Origin: Vicinamibacterales bacterium
Lineage (GTDB): Bacteria; Acidobacteriota; Vicinamibacteria; Vicinamibacterales; UBA2999
DNA: 64,000 bases
Reading direction: 5' to 3'
NCBI GenBank assembly: GCA_035492455.1
Contig: DATJJE010000078.1
Coordinates: 3,556-67,555 of the forward strand
Shown here: piece after piece, positions 1 to 7,552 of the stretch
Layout of the letters: each line of letters begins with the position of its first letter
How positions within the stretch are numbered: position 1 is the first letter of the stretch
Position numbers and translations under genes: made by a program
Notes under the pieces: generated by a model
Database searches by the model: none
The model's input: the letters and a program-made list of their open reading frames with translations, nothing else
What the model was told of the DNA's origin: nothing

Positions 1-869
1 AGTCAGCAGGCGAGCTCGATCGGATTGCGGCGGTCGCGAAGACGCAAGGGCGGGTTGCACGCGTCGCGCTGCGCGTGAATCCGGACATCGACGCACAAAG
101 CCATCCGAACATCTCCACGGGACTGAAGACCAACAAGTTCGGCGTGGCGTTGCAGGACGCGCGCAGTATCTATCAGGCGAGGCGCGACGCAGCATCACTG
201 CAATTCGTCGGCGTTCACATTCATATCGGCTCGCAGATCACCACGCTCGATCCGCTGCGCCGGGCCGCAGAAACACTCGTCTCGCTCGCTCTGGAGCTGC
301 GCGACGACGGGTTTGCGCTGGAGCATGTGGATCTGGGAGGTGGCCTCGGCATCGCGTACGAGGGCAGACCGATTATTGACCCGGTCGACTACGCCGCCGC
401 GGTCATACCCGAGCTGCGGCGCATCGACTTGCCCGTCGTTCTCGAGCCTGGCCGCGCGGTGGTCGGCCACTCAGGCGCGCTCATTGCGCGCGTCGTCGAC
501 ACGAAATGTTTTCCGGATGGCCGCAAGTTCGCCGTGCTCGATGCGGGGATGGGCGAGCTGATTCGGCCCGCGCTCTACGGATCCTTTCACCGCATCGTCC
601 CGGTCGTATCGAGGCGTGGAACCGAAACCGCCTGGGACGTTGTCGGTCCGATCTGCGAGAGCAGCGATGTGTTCGCGCGGGATCGCCAGCTTCCGCCACT
701 TGAAGTTGACGATCTGATCGCCATCCTCGATGCCGGCGCGTACGGATCGGTGATGGCCTCCAACTACAACCGCCATATGCTGGCTGCGGAAGTGCTGGTC
801 GACGAGGGAAAGTGCGCGATCATCCGCCGTCGTCAGACGCTCGAGGACGTGCTCGCGCTTGAAAGCTAG
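1..869 (+). CDS. lysA: diaminopimelate decarboxylase, C-terminal part (5' end lies outside the window)
   Basis: Reading frame is open to the window edge. HIHIGSQI, EPGRAVVG and GPICESSDVF motifs fit the PLP-dependent DAP/ornithine decarboxylase fold. Confidence 0.85.
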   Translation, partial: SAGELDRIAAVAKTQGRVARVALRVNPDIDAQSHPNISTGLKTNKFGVALQDARSIYQARRDAASLQFVGVHIHIGSQITTLDPLRRAAETLVSLALELRDDGFALEHVDLGGGLGIAYEGRPIIDPVDYAAAVIPELRRIDLPVVLEPGRAVVGHSGALIARVVDTKCFPDGRKFAVLDAGMGELIRPALYGSFHRIVPVVSRRGTETAWDVVGPICESSDVFARDRQLPPLEVDDLIAILDAGAYGSVMASNYNRHMLAAEVLVDEGKCAIIRRRQTLEDVLALES

Positions 870-1455
870 TTCCGGGCTGCTCATCGCGTTCGAAGGGCTC
901 GATCAGAGCGGCAAGCAAACCCAGGCGGAGCTACTGCGCGATCGCCTCACGTCGCTCGGCCGCACGGTGCGGTTGCTATCGTTTCCCGATTACGGGACGC
1001 CCATCGGCACCGAGATCGGCCACGCCCTCCGCGGCGAGCGGCACTACGCCGCCGACGTCATGCAGCTGCTGTACGTCGCGAACCGCTACGAGTACAAGGA
1101 CGAGATTGCGCGAGAGAAGCAGGCGGGCACGATCCTGGTGTGTGACCGGTATCTCGCGTCGAGCATCGCCTACGGCGAGGCGTTCGGCCTGGATGGCGCA
1201 TGGCTGATGGATGCGCAGAAGTACCTTCCACAACCCGATATCACGTTCCTGCTGGACATCGCCCCCGACGTATCGGCGAAGCGCAAGACCGCAGGTCGCG
1301 ACAAGTACGAGAGCGATCTTTCGCTGCTGGCGCGCGTACGCGAGAGCTACGTGCGTCAGGCGTCGAGAGGCGATTGGCTGAGGCTCGATGCGGCGCGCGA
1401 GCCGAAGGTGATTGCCGAGGACGTGTGGAAGGCGGTCTCAGCCGTCTTGTCATGA
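859..1455 (+). CDS. tmk: thymidylate (dTMP) kinase
   Basis: N-terminal P-loop-like IAFEGLDQSGKQTQ and CDRYLASSIAYG motif. TTG start overlaps the lysA stop. Confidence 0.8.
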   Translation: MKASSGLLIAFEGLDQSGKQTQAELLRDRLTSLGRTVRLLSFPDYGTPIGTEIGHALRGERHYAADVMQLLYVANRYEYKDEIAREKQAGTILVCDRYLASSIAYGEAFGLDGAWLMDAQKYLPQPDITFLLDIAPDVSAKRKTAGRDKYESDLSLLARVRESYVRQASRGDWLRLDAAREPKVIAEDVWKAVSAVLS

Positions 1456-1459
1456 CTTC

Positions 1460-2149
1460 CTAGGCCGCGCCGGCTGTCAGCGCGCGCACGTCGGCCGCGC
1501 CTGCGCGCCGCAATACTTTCGCGCATTCCTCGAGTGTCGCGCCGGTCGTGCGTACATCATCCACGAGAACGATGCGTGCGCCCTGGACTCGCGCGCCCGA
1601 AAGGCCCGCGCTGCATGCCCACGACAGCGAGAACGCGCCGCGCAGGTTCGTGTGGCGAGCCGCGGCGTTCAGCGCCATCTGCGGCGGCGTTGCACGCACA
1701 CGCCAAAGCGAGTCGCGCACAGGGAGATCGAGACGCTCCGCAAGATCTCGCGCCTGGTTGAATCCACGTCGCAGCCGCCGCCATGGATGAAGCGGCACCG
1801 GCACGACGAAATCGCATTCTGTCAGGACCTCACGTGCAGCGTCCCGCATCAATCGGGCAAGCGGGTGGGCGAGCGATCGCCGTCCTTCGTACTTGAACGC
1901 GTGAATGATGTCGCGAAGCACGCCTTCGTAGCGTCCGGCGGCGGCAGCAACAGTGATGTGCGCGCTCGTCCACGCCGCGAGCGGAGCGGCGACGAGGCTT
2001 CCGAGGCAGACGGGACAGATGCACCCGTGCGTGGGCGCGTCGAGCGGGGAGCGGCATGCGGCGCACGCGGGCGCCAGCGTCGCGGCAAGCAGAGCGTCTA
2101 TGCCCGCTCGAGCGCCTCCGAGAACTCGTGCCGCTCGGCGTTGCCCCAG
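1460..2149 (-). CDS. comF: ComF-family phosphoribosyltransferase-like protein (start uncertain)
   Basis: Double Cys pairs (CAACRSPL...CPVCLGSL) and the PRTase motif IVLVDDVRTTGATL. The 5' extension of the ORF overlaps rsfS and no ATG is available, so the start is a guess. Confidence 0.65.
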   Translation of the reverse strand: MGQRRAARVLGGARAGIDALLAATLAPACAACRSPLDAPTHGCICPVCLGSLVAAPLAAWTSAHITVAAAAGRYEGVLRDIIHAFKYEGRRSLAHPLARLMRDAAREVLTECDFVVPVPLHPWRRLRRGFNQARDLAERLDLPVRDSLWRVRATPPQMALNAAARHTNLRGAFSLSWACSAGLSGARVQGARIVLVDDVRTTGATLEECAKVLRRAGAADVRALTAGAA

Positions 2150-2514
2150 AGGCGCTCGAGCTCGTAGAAGTCGCGGCACTCGCGGCTGAAGATGTGCACG
2201 ACGAAGTTGAAGTAATCGAGCAGGATCCACTGCGATTTTTCGACACCTTCCGTGAGATGTGGGCGCTCGCCGAAGTCCACGCGCAGGGTCTGTTCGACCG
2301 AATCGGCAATCGCCATGATTTGGCGCGGATTGCCGCCAGTGCAAATGACGAAGTAATCGGTAAAGCCCCCCGCCTTCCGAAGATCGAGCACGACGATGTC
2401 GACGCCCTTTTTGTCCTGGATGGCGTGCACCGCGCCGATGACGGTCCTGGGCAACCTCGGAGCCGTCGTTTTTCTTCGGATCGCAATCTTCTTAGATGCG
2501 CTCGTCTTCGCCAT
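2098..2514 (-). CDS. rsfS: ribosomal silencing factor RsfS (iojap family)
   Basis: DIVVLDLRK...TDYFVICTG...WILLDYFNFVVHIF is the typical RsfS core. Lies in the conserved nadD-rsfS neighbourhood. Confidence 0.9.
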   Translation of the reverse strand: MAKTSASKKIAIRRKTTAPRLPRTVIGAVHAIQDKKGVDIVVLDLRKAGGFTDYFVICTGGNPRQIMAIADSVEQTLRVDFGERPHLTEGVEKSQWILLDYFNFVVHIFSRECRDFYELERLWGNAERHEFSEALERA

Positions 2515-3175
2515 GCAAGCTGCCTACCGCTCCATACAGGTGATGTTTGTGGATGTGCCGCGCGACGTCCGGCGGCACGAGATCGTCAATCGACTGGCCA
2601 CCCGCCAGCCGTTCGCGGATCATCGTGGAAGACACGTCACGCGTGTGCGCGTGCACCAGGAAAATGCGCGTCGGACCGTCGAGGGGGACGTGCTCGCGCG
2701 GCACGGGACACATGCGCGCTCGCAGCTCCGGCGTTCGGCTCGCCGCATCGTCGATGCTCGTGCCTGGCCGTGCGATGACAACGAAGTGCGCCAGATCGAG
2801 GAACGAGGGATAACCGTGCCATGCGGCAATTCCTGCAAACGCGTCGCTGCCGAGAATGAAGAAGAGTTGCGATCCGCGCCGGCCGGACGCGTGCAGCGCG
2901 CGCAGCGTGTCCTCCGTATACGACCGGCCCTGCCGCAGCAGCTCAACGTCCGAGACGTGGCATTCCGGGCGATGCGCAACCGCCAGCACCGCGAGGGCGA
3001 AACGATGATAGACACTCGCTCGCGGTTCCACGGCGCGGAGGGGCTGATCGTGTGCGGGAATCAGCACGAGCTCGTCGAGAGCCAGCGCGGCGCTCGCGGC
3101 ATCCGCCGCATCGAGATGACCGAAGTGAATGGGATCGAATGTGCCACCGAGAATCCCGAGCCGCGTGCTCGTCAT
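2492..3175 (-). CDS. nadD: nicotinate-nucleotide adenylyltransferase
   Basis: [14 protein letters not shown] nucleotidyltransferase motif. The ATG at 3175 overlaps the obg stop (ATGA). Confidence 0.88.
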   Translation of the reverse strand: MTSTRLGILGGTFDPIHFGHLDAADAASAALALDELVLIPAHDQPLRAVEPRASVYHRFALAVLAVAHRPECHVSDVELLRQGRSYTEDTLRALHASGRRGSQLFFILGSDAFAGIAAWHGYPSFLDLAHFVVIARPGTSIDDAASRTPELRARMCPVPREHVPLDGPTRIFLVHAHTRDVSSTMIRERLAGGQSIDDLVPPDVARHIHKHHLYGAVGSLHGEDERI

Positions 3176-4206
3176 GCGGCAGGGACGGGCATTTCGCGCA
3201 CGGCGGCGATCTGGCGCCACACCGCCTCGAGCAAATCGTCGAGGCCGGTGCCGGCGACCGCCGAGATTCTGAAGAACGGTAGTTCCAGTTGCCGAACACG
3301 ACGCTCGAGCGCGTCCGCCTGCGAACGATCGATGACGGCGTCCATCTTCGTCGCCGCGACGATCATCGGCTTGGCCGCGACCTTCGGATCGAACAGGCGG
3401 AGCTCGCCAAGGATGGTGTCGAAGTCGTGCACGGGATCGCGACCGGACGCGCCCGACACGTCAACGAGGTGGACCAGCACTTTCGTCCGTTCGATGTGCC
3501 GCAGGAATTTGTCGCCGAGGCCGTGTCCCTCGTGCGCCCCTTCGATCAGTCCTGGTACATCCGCAACGACAAAGCTGCGGTTGTCGCTCAACGTAACGAC
3601 GCCGAGATTCGGCGACAAGGTCGTAAACGGATAGTCGGCAATCTTCGGGCGTGCCGCGGAGATGCGCGAAATGAGCGTGGACTTCCCGGCGTTGGGAAAG
3701 CCGACGAGTCCCGCATCGGCGATGAGTTTCAACTGCAGGCGAATGAATCGCTCTTCGCCCTCTTCGCCGGGCTCCGTACGCCGAGGCGCACGGTTCGTGG
3801 ACGATACGAAGCGCGCGTTGCCGCGACCGCCACGTCCACCTTTGGCGACGAGCACACGGCGGCCCTCTTCCATCAGGTCGGCCAGCTGCGTCAGTTCACC
3901 GCTGGCGTGATCCTTGACGAATACCAGCGTACCGATCGGCACGGCGATTTCGAGATCGGTACCGGTCTGTCCGGTCTTGTTCGCACCCTGTCCATGCGAG
4001 CCGCGTTTCGCCTGAAATTCGGGATGAAAACGGAAGTCGACCAGGGTGTTCTTGGTGGGGGTCGCGACGATATAAACCGAGCCGCCGTTGCCGCCATCGC
4101 CGCCATCGGGGCCGCCGCGCGGAACGAATTTCTCGCGACGGAAGCTGAGGCAACCATTACCGCCGTTGCCGGCGGCGACGTGGATGTCGACTTCGTCGAC
4201 GAACAT
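3172..4206 (-). CDS. obg: GTPase Obg/CgtA
   Basis: [18 protein letters not shown] glycine-rich Obg fold plus G1-G4 GTPase motifs ([23 protein letters not shown]). Confidence 0.95.
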   Translation of the reverse strand: MFVDEVDIHVAAGNGGNGCLSFRREKFVPRGGPDGGDGGNGGSVYIVATPTKNTLVDFRFHPEFQAKRGSHGQGANKTGQTGTDLEIAVPIGTLVFVKDHASGELTQLADLMEEGRRVLVAKGGRGGRGNARFVSSTNRAPRRTEPGEEGEERFIRLQLKLIADAGLVGFPNAGKSTLISRISAARPKIADYPFTTLSPNLGVVTLSDNRSFVVADVPGLIEGAHEGHGLGDKFLRHIERTKVLVHLVDVSGASGRDPVHDFDTILGELRLFDPKVAAKPMIVAATKMDAVIDRSQADALERRVRQLELPFFRISAVAGTGLDDLLEAVWRQIAAVREMPVPAA

Positions 4207-4216
4207 ACTGTTGTAG

Positions 4217-4238
4217 AGGCGGGTGTTCGGACCCGCCT
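4217..4238 (-). terminator. GC hairpin between rpmA and obg (AGGCGGGT-6-ACCCGCCT), no U-tract
   Basis: 8-bp perfect stem starting 3 nt after the rpmA stop. It may be an attenuator or processing hairpin rather than a full terminator. Confidence 0.35.
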
Positions 4239-4240
4239 AT

Positions 4241-4498
4241 TTATTGTACGGGGATGACAGAGATCTTGCGGCCGTGCTTGCCGTGATCTTCGAAGCGGAC
4301 CTTGCCGTCAATTTTCGCGAACAGCGTATGGTCTTTGCCGAGGCCGACGTTGAGTCCCGGTTCGAAGCGGCGTCCCTTCTGACGCACGAGGATTGACCCG
4401 CCCGTGACGATGTTGCCGTCGTGGCTCTTGACGCCAAGTCGCTGCGACTGGCTGTCGCGGCCGTTGCGTGAGCTGCCCTGTCCTTTTTTATGCGCCAT
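4241..4498 (-). CDS. rpmA: 50S ribosomal protein L27
   Basis: [24 protein letters not shown] is the canonical L27 N-terminus. Confidence 0.97.
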   Translation of the reverse strand: MAHKKGQGSSRNGRDSQSQRLGVKSHDGNIVTGGSILVRQKGRRFEPGLNVGLGKDHTLFAKIDGKVRFEDHGKHGRKISVIPVQ

Positions 4499-4511
4499 AG
4501 TCTTCCCATTT

Positions 4512-4569
4512 GCGATTTGTGATTAATGATTCTTGATTTCAAATCACTAATCACAAATCAGCAATCACA
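4512..4569. repeat. inverted pair of 4x heptamer arrays (NTGATTN x4 / AATCANN x4), AT-rich hairpin
   Basis: GCGATTT GTGATTA ATGATTC TTGATTT c a AATCACT AATCACA AATCAGC AATCACA. 18-bp stem with one mismatch. Confidence 0.9.
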
Positions 4570-4879
4570 ACTGGATGTCGGTAATGCGCACGCGCGTGAA
4601 CGTGCTGCGGTGGCCGCGCGTTTTGCGAAACCCCTTGCGGCGCTTTTTCTTGAATACGCGCAGCTTCGGGCCGCGCGACTCGCCGTCGACAACGCCAACG
4701 ACCTTCGCGTTCGCCACAAACGGCGCGCCCGCGACGATATCGCCGGCGTCCTTCTCGACGAGCAGCACCTGCTCGAAGGTGAATTCCTTGCCCTGCTCGC
4801 CGGCGGTGCCGTCTACTTCGATGATGGCGCCGGGCGTGACCTTCACTTGGCGGCCGCGCGCCTGGATGATCGCGTACAC
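4565..4879 (-). CDS. rplU: 50S ribosomal protein L21
   Basis: MYAIIQARGRQVKV is the canonical L21 N-terminus. Gene order is rplU-rpmA-obg. Confidence 0.97.
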   Translation of the reverse strand: MYAIIQARGRQVKVTPGAIIEVDGTAGEQGKEFTFEQVLLVEKDAGDIVAGAPFVANAKVVGVVDGESRGPKLRVFKKKRRKGFRKTRGHRSTFTRVRITDIQL

Positions 4880-4899
4880 GTGATCCCTCTCAATCGCGT

Positions 4900-4921
4900 G
4901 GGCGGATCCAAAGACCCGCCC
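4900..4921 (-). terminator. GC hairpin after the lipoprotein gene and upstream of rplU (GGGCGG...CCGCCC)
   Basis: Stem GGGCGGaTC/GAcCCGCCC with a 4-nt loop. Stem sequence is similar to the hairpin at 4217-4238. Confidence 0.4.
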
Positions 4922-4964
4922 CTACACTATGTAGACAAAGGATTTATTCTAACAGCCCTGCCGG

Positions 4965-5873
4965 CTATTGCAAAAGGACTCGCGTCCCCTTGATTTTCTG
5001 GCTGCTGAGCGTGCTCAGGAAGCTCGGAATCAGCCGGTCCATCAACTCGAAATACGAAGACAGGGCCGGGGTGCTCTGATTGGCGTTATAGAGCACCTCC
5101 TCGCGAAAGTTCTCGGAGTGCATCACGGTGCCGGTGCGGCCGTCTATAAAGACGAACTTCGGCTGCAGGATGTAGCCTTTCCGCTCCATATAGGTCCGTA
5201 CGGGGACCACGCGCCGACGACCGAACGAGTCGTACACTTCTTCCTCGCGCTGGACGATGCCGGAGCGCTGGTGCGGCGTAAACATCACTGTACCCGTGAC
5301 GATCAGCGGGTTCTGATATTCCTCGCCGATCTTCTTCCAGTACTCGACGTCGGCGAAGACGTGCTCGTACGGTTCGAGGTCCTTGGCGTCCTTGATCGCC
5401 GCGGGCTTGTCGGGCGTAGCCGCCTGCGGCCCTTCGCCCTTCTCGCCCTTCTCGCCTTTCGACTCCGCCTTGGCTTCGCCTTTCGGCTCCGACTTGGCTT
5501 CGCCTTCGGCTCCGGAATTGTTGGACTTCACGGGCTCCGCTTTCGCTTCCTGCGGCGCGCTCTCCTGAGCGGCGACGTCCATCAGCGGGAGCACGTCGGT
5601 GTCAATGACGCGGAGATCGGATTTGGTGCGCAGCTGGCTGCGCAGCAAGCGGGTCGTCTCGAGGTTCCCGTCCACATCGTCGGTGCCCCCCGCGATGAAG
5701 CCGGCCACGAGCACGCGCTGAAACGCCGACACATCAAGCTTCGGCTTGATGGGCGTTTCGATAGGAATCTCGTAGTAGTTCGTGCAACCTGCGATGAACA
5801 GGATTGCGGCGACGCTGCTAAGGATTCTGGTTGTCCTGGCTGTCCTGCGTATCCTTGCGAGTCGTCCGGTCAT
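4965..5873 (-). CDS. hypothetical lipoprotein with internal Lys/Glu/Gly-rich repeat
   Basis: Lipobox-like ILFIAGC after a basic N-region, with an internal GEAKSEPKGEAKAESKGEKGEKGEG low-complexity block. No family recognised. Confidence 0.6.
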   Translation of the reverse strand: MTGRLARIRRTARTTRILSSVAAILFIAGCTNYYEIPIETPIKPKLDVSAFQRVLVAGFIAGGTDDVDGNLETTRLLRSQLRTKSDLRVIDTDVLPLMDVAAQESAPQEAKAEPVKSNNSGAEGEAKSEPKGEAKAESKGEKGEKGEGPQAATPDKPAAIKDAKDLEPYEHVFADVEYWKKIGEEYQNPLIVTGTVMFTPHQRSGIVQREEEVYDSFGRRRVVPVRTYMERKGYILQPKFVFIDGRTGTVMHSENFREEVLYNANQSTPALSSYFELMDRLIPSFLSTLSSQKIKGTRVLLQ

Positions 5874-6222
5874 TGATTTCCTTGAAGAGCTCGTAATTCT
5901 GTTTGATCAGCGCATTGTTGGGTTCGACTTCGAGGGCCTTTTCGTACGCCACGCGTGCTTTGTCCAGATCGCCTTCATGTTCGTAGGCGATTGCCAGGTC
6001 GTTGAGCGCCTCCGCGTACTTAGGATCGATTTGCACCGCGCGCTCCCACCGGTAGATTGCCTCGCGCCAGAGACCGCGCTGCGCGACCGCGATGCCGAAC
6101 TGCACCTGTTTCTTCGCGTCCGACCGGGCGTCGGCTGCCAGCGGCGCCGCCGCGGCGCCGAGGAGCAGAAGAATCGTCAGGACGCGGGTACGCATTGGTA
6201 GAAGTGCCTCAATATACGCCAT
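5818..6222 (-). CDS. secreted tetratricopeptide-repeat protein (alternative start 6195)
   Basis: Signal peptide RTRVLTILLLLGAAAAPLAADA. TPR-like WREAIYRWERAVQIDPKYAEALNDLAIAYEHEGDLDKARVAYEKALEVEP. GGAAGG lies 8 nt before the ATG at 6222. The longer ORF to 6396 would run through a sigma-54 promoter. Confidence 0.65.
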   Translation of the reverse strand: MAYIEALLPMRTRVLTILLLLGAAAAPLAADARSDAKKQVQFGIAVAQRGLWREAIYRWERAVQIDPKYAEALNDLAIAYEHEGDLDKARVAYEKALEVEPNNALIKQNYELFKEINDRTTRKDTQDSQDNQNP

Positions 6223-6282
6223 GCGCGCGCCTTCCCGAAGCTCGAAAGCTCGATCCGCGCAACAAAGACATGGTGCTGCCGA

Positions 6283-6297
6283 GCAAGGCATGTGCCA
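6283..6297 (-). promoter_or_regulatory. sigma-54 (-24/-12) promoter, exact consensus TGGCAC-N5-TTGC
   Basis: The minus strand reads TGGCACATGCCTTGCT, 61 nt upstream of the ATG at 6222 of the TPR/lipoprotein genes. Three sigma-54 activators are encoded in the window. Confidence 0.6.
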
Positions 6298-6363
6298 CGG
6301 AAGCGTGACGAAAACCGTCAATTTCCACGGCAAATTATTCCGTTCGCCGTCCCCTTCTTTCAT

Positions 6364-6390
6364 GACGTGTCCACTGTTTCGCGACACGTC
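6364..6390. promoter_or_regulatory. perfect 8-bp inverted repeat GACGTGTC-N11-GACACGTC, candidate enhancer (UAS)
   Basis: Centre lies ~80 bp upstream (in the minus-strand sense) of the -24 element at 6297, a typical EBP-site distance. Confidence 0.35.
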
Positions 6391-6437
6391 TGTCACGAGC
6401 GGACAAGAATGGACGCGCTATAATCCCGTCCGGTCGG

Positions 6438-7493
6438 GTGCGCGGGCGCGCTTTGCGAGGATGCGCCATGTCGCCAGACGAAGCTATCGCGCTTTCAGTC
6501 GCCGCCCTTTCCAATCTTCCGCGCGCCGGTCTCGCGGATCGGCTGCGCGCCGACGATCCCCACATTCTTGAGCTCGCGCGATCGCTGCTGCCGGAGGCGC
6601 ACAGGGTGCGCTGCGCCGCCGAACGTCGCGGCATTCGCGTCGTCGCGTGGAACGATCCGGCTTTCCCAACGGCGCTGCTGACCCTCACGGACCTGCCGCC
6701 GGCGCTCTGGTATCGCGGCGAGCTCGAGGTGCTCACGTCACCATGTGTGGCGATCGTCGGGTCACGCGTCGCGTCGCCCGTGTCGATTGAGACAGCGACG
6801 CGCATCGCCAACGATCTCGCTTCCCGCTGCATTACCGTCGTCAGCGGTCTGGCGCGCGGCGTTGACTCCGCCGCTCACAGAGGCGCTCTTCAAACCGGAC
6901 GAACGGCGGCCGTCCTTGGTTCCGGCTTCGATCACATGTATCCGGCTGAACACGACGAACTTGCGGATCAGATCGCGGCCGCCGGTGTTGTGCTCACCGA
7001 ATATCCGCCCCACACGTTACCGCTCCCGTTCTTCTTTCCGATGCGCAACCGGTTGATCAGCGGGCTGTCGCGCGCGGTCGTGGTTATCGAGGCGAACGAG
7101 AAATCGGGCTCGCTGATTACCGCGGCATGCGCGCTCGAACAGGGACGCGATGTGATGGCCGTTCCCGGCAACGTGCTGAGCGGCCGGAACCGCGGCGCGC
7201 ACGCGCTCATTCGCGACGGAGCAAAGATTGTCGAGGGTGCGGACGATATCGTAGAAGAGCTTTTCGGTCCTGGTGGTCGGAACCGCATACCGGAAACGAG
7301 ATTAAGTTCAGATCCTTCAACTGTTTCGACCGACTCGATCGTCGGACGGATGGAGGTGGGTCAGGCCTACGACATCGACGGCCTGGCGGCGCTCTCGGGT
7401 CTTGAAAACATCCGTCTCCTGTCGCGGTTGAGCGATCTCGAACTGCAGGGTCGCGTGCGTCGAGTCGGCGGCGGCCGTTTCATGCGTTGTTGA
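6438..7493 (+). CDS. dprA: DNA-processing protein DprA (Smf); ATG at 6468 is an alternative start
   Basis: AIVGSRVASP...VVSGLARGVDSAAHRGAL...GSGFDHMYPAEH Rossmann-like DprA core. Confidence 0.9.
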   Translation: MRGRALRGCAMSPDEAIALSVAALSNLPRAGLADRLRADDPHILELARSLLPEAHRVRCAAERRGIRVVAWNDPAFPTALLTLTDLPPALWYRGELEVLTSPCVAIVGSRVASPVSIETATRIANDLASRCITVVSGLARGVDSAAHRGALQTGRTAAVLGSGFDHMYPAEHDELADQIAAAGVVLTEYPPHTLPLPFFFPMRNRLISGLSRAVVVIEANEKSGSLITAACALEQGRDVMAVPGNVLSGRNRGAHALIRDGAKIVEGADDIVEELFGPGGRNRIPETRLSSDPSTVSTDSIVGRMEVGQAYDIDGLAALSGLENIRLLSRLSDLELQGRVRRVGGGRFMRC

Positions 7494-7552
7494 TGAACGT
7501 GCTAGTGTGGGTTGAAAACGCACCACGCGCCTCGTCAGGCGCGGTATGAGCA

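Noticed and set aside
6419-6424. A perfect TATAAT hexamer 14 nt before the dprA ORF start.
   Set aside because: There is no acceptable -35 element or extended -10 TG at proper spacing. It remains a possible -10 box if dprA starts at the ATG at 6468, but a single hexamer is too weak to report as a feature.
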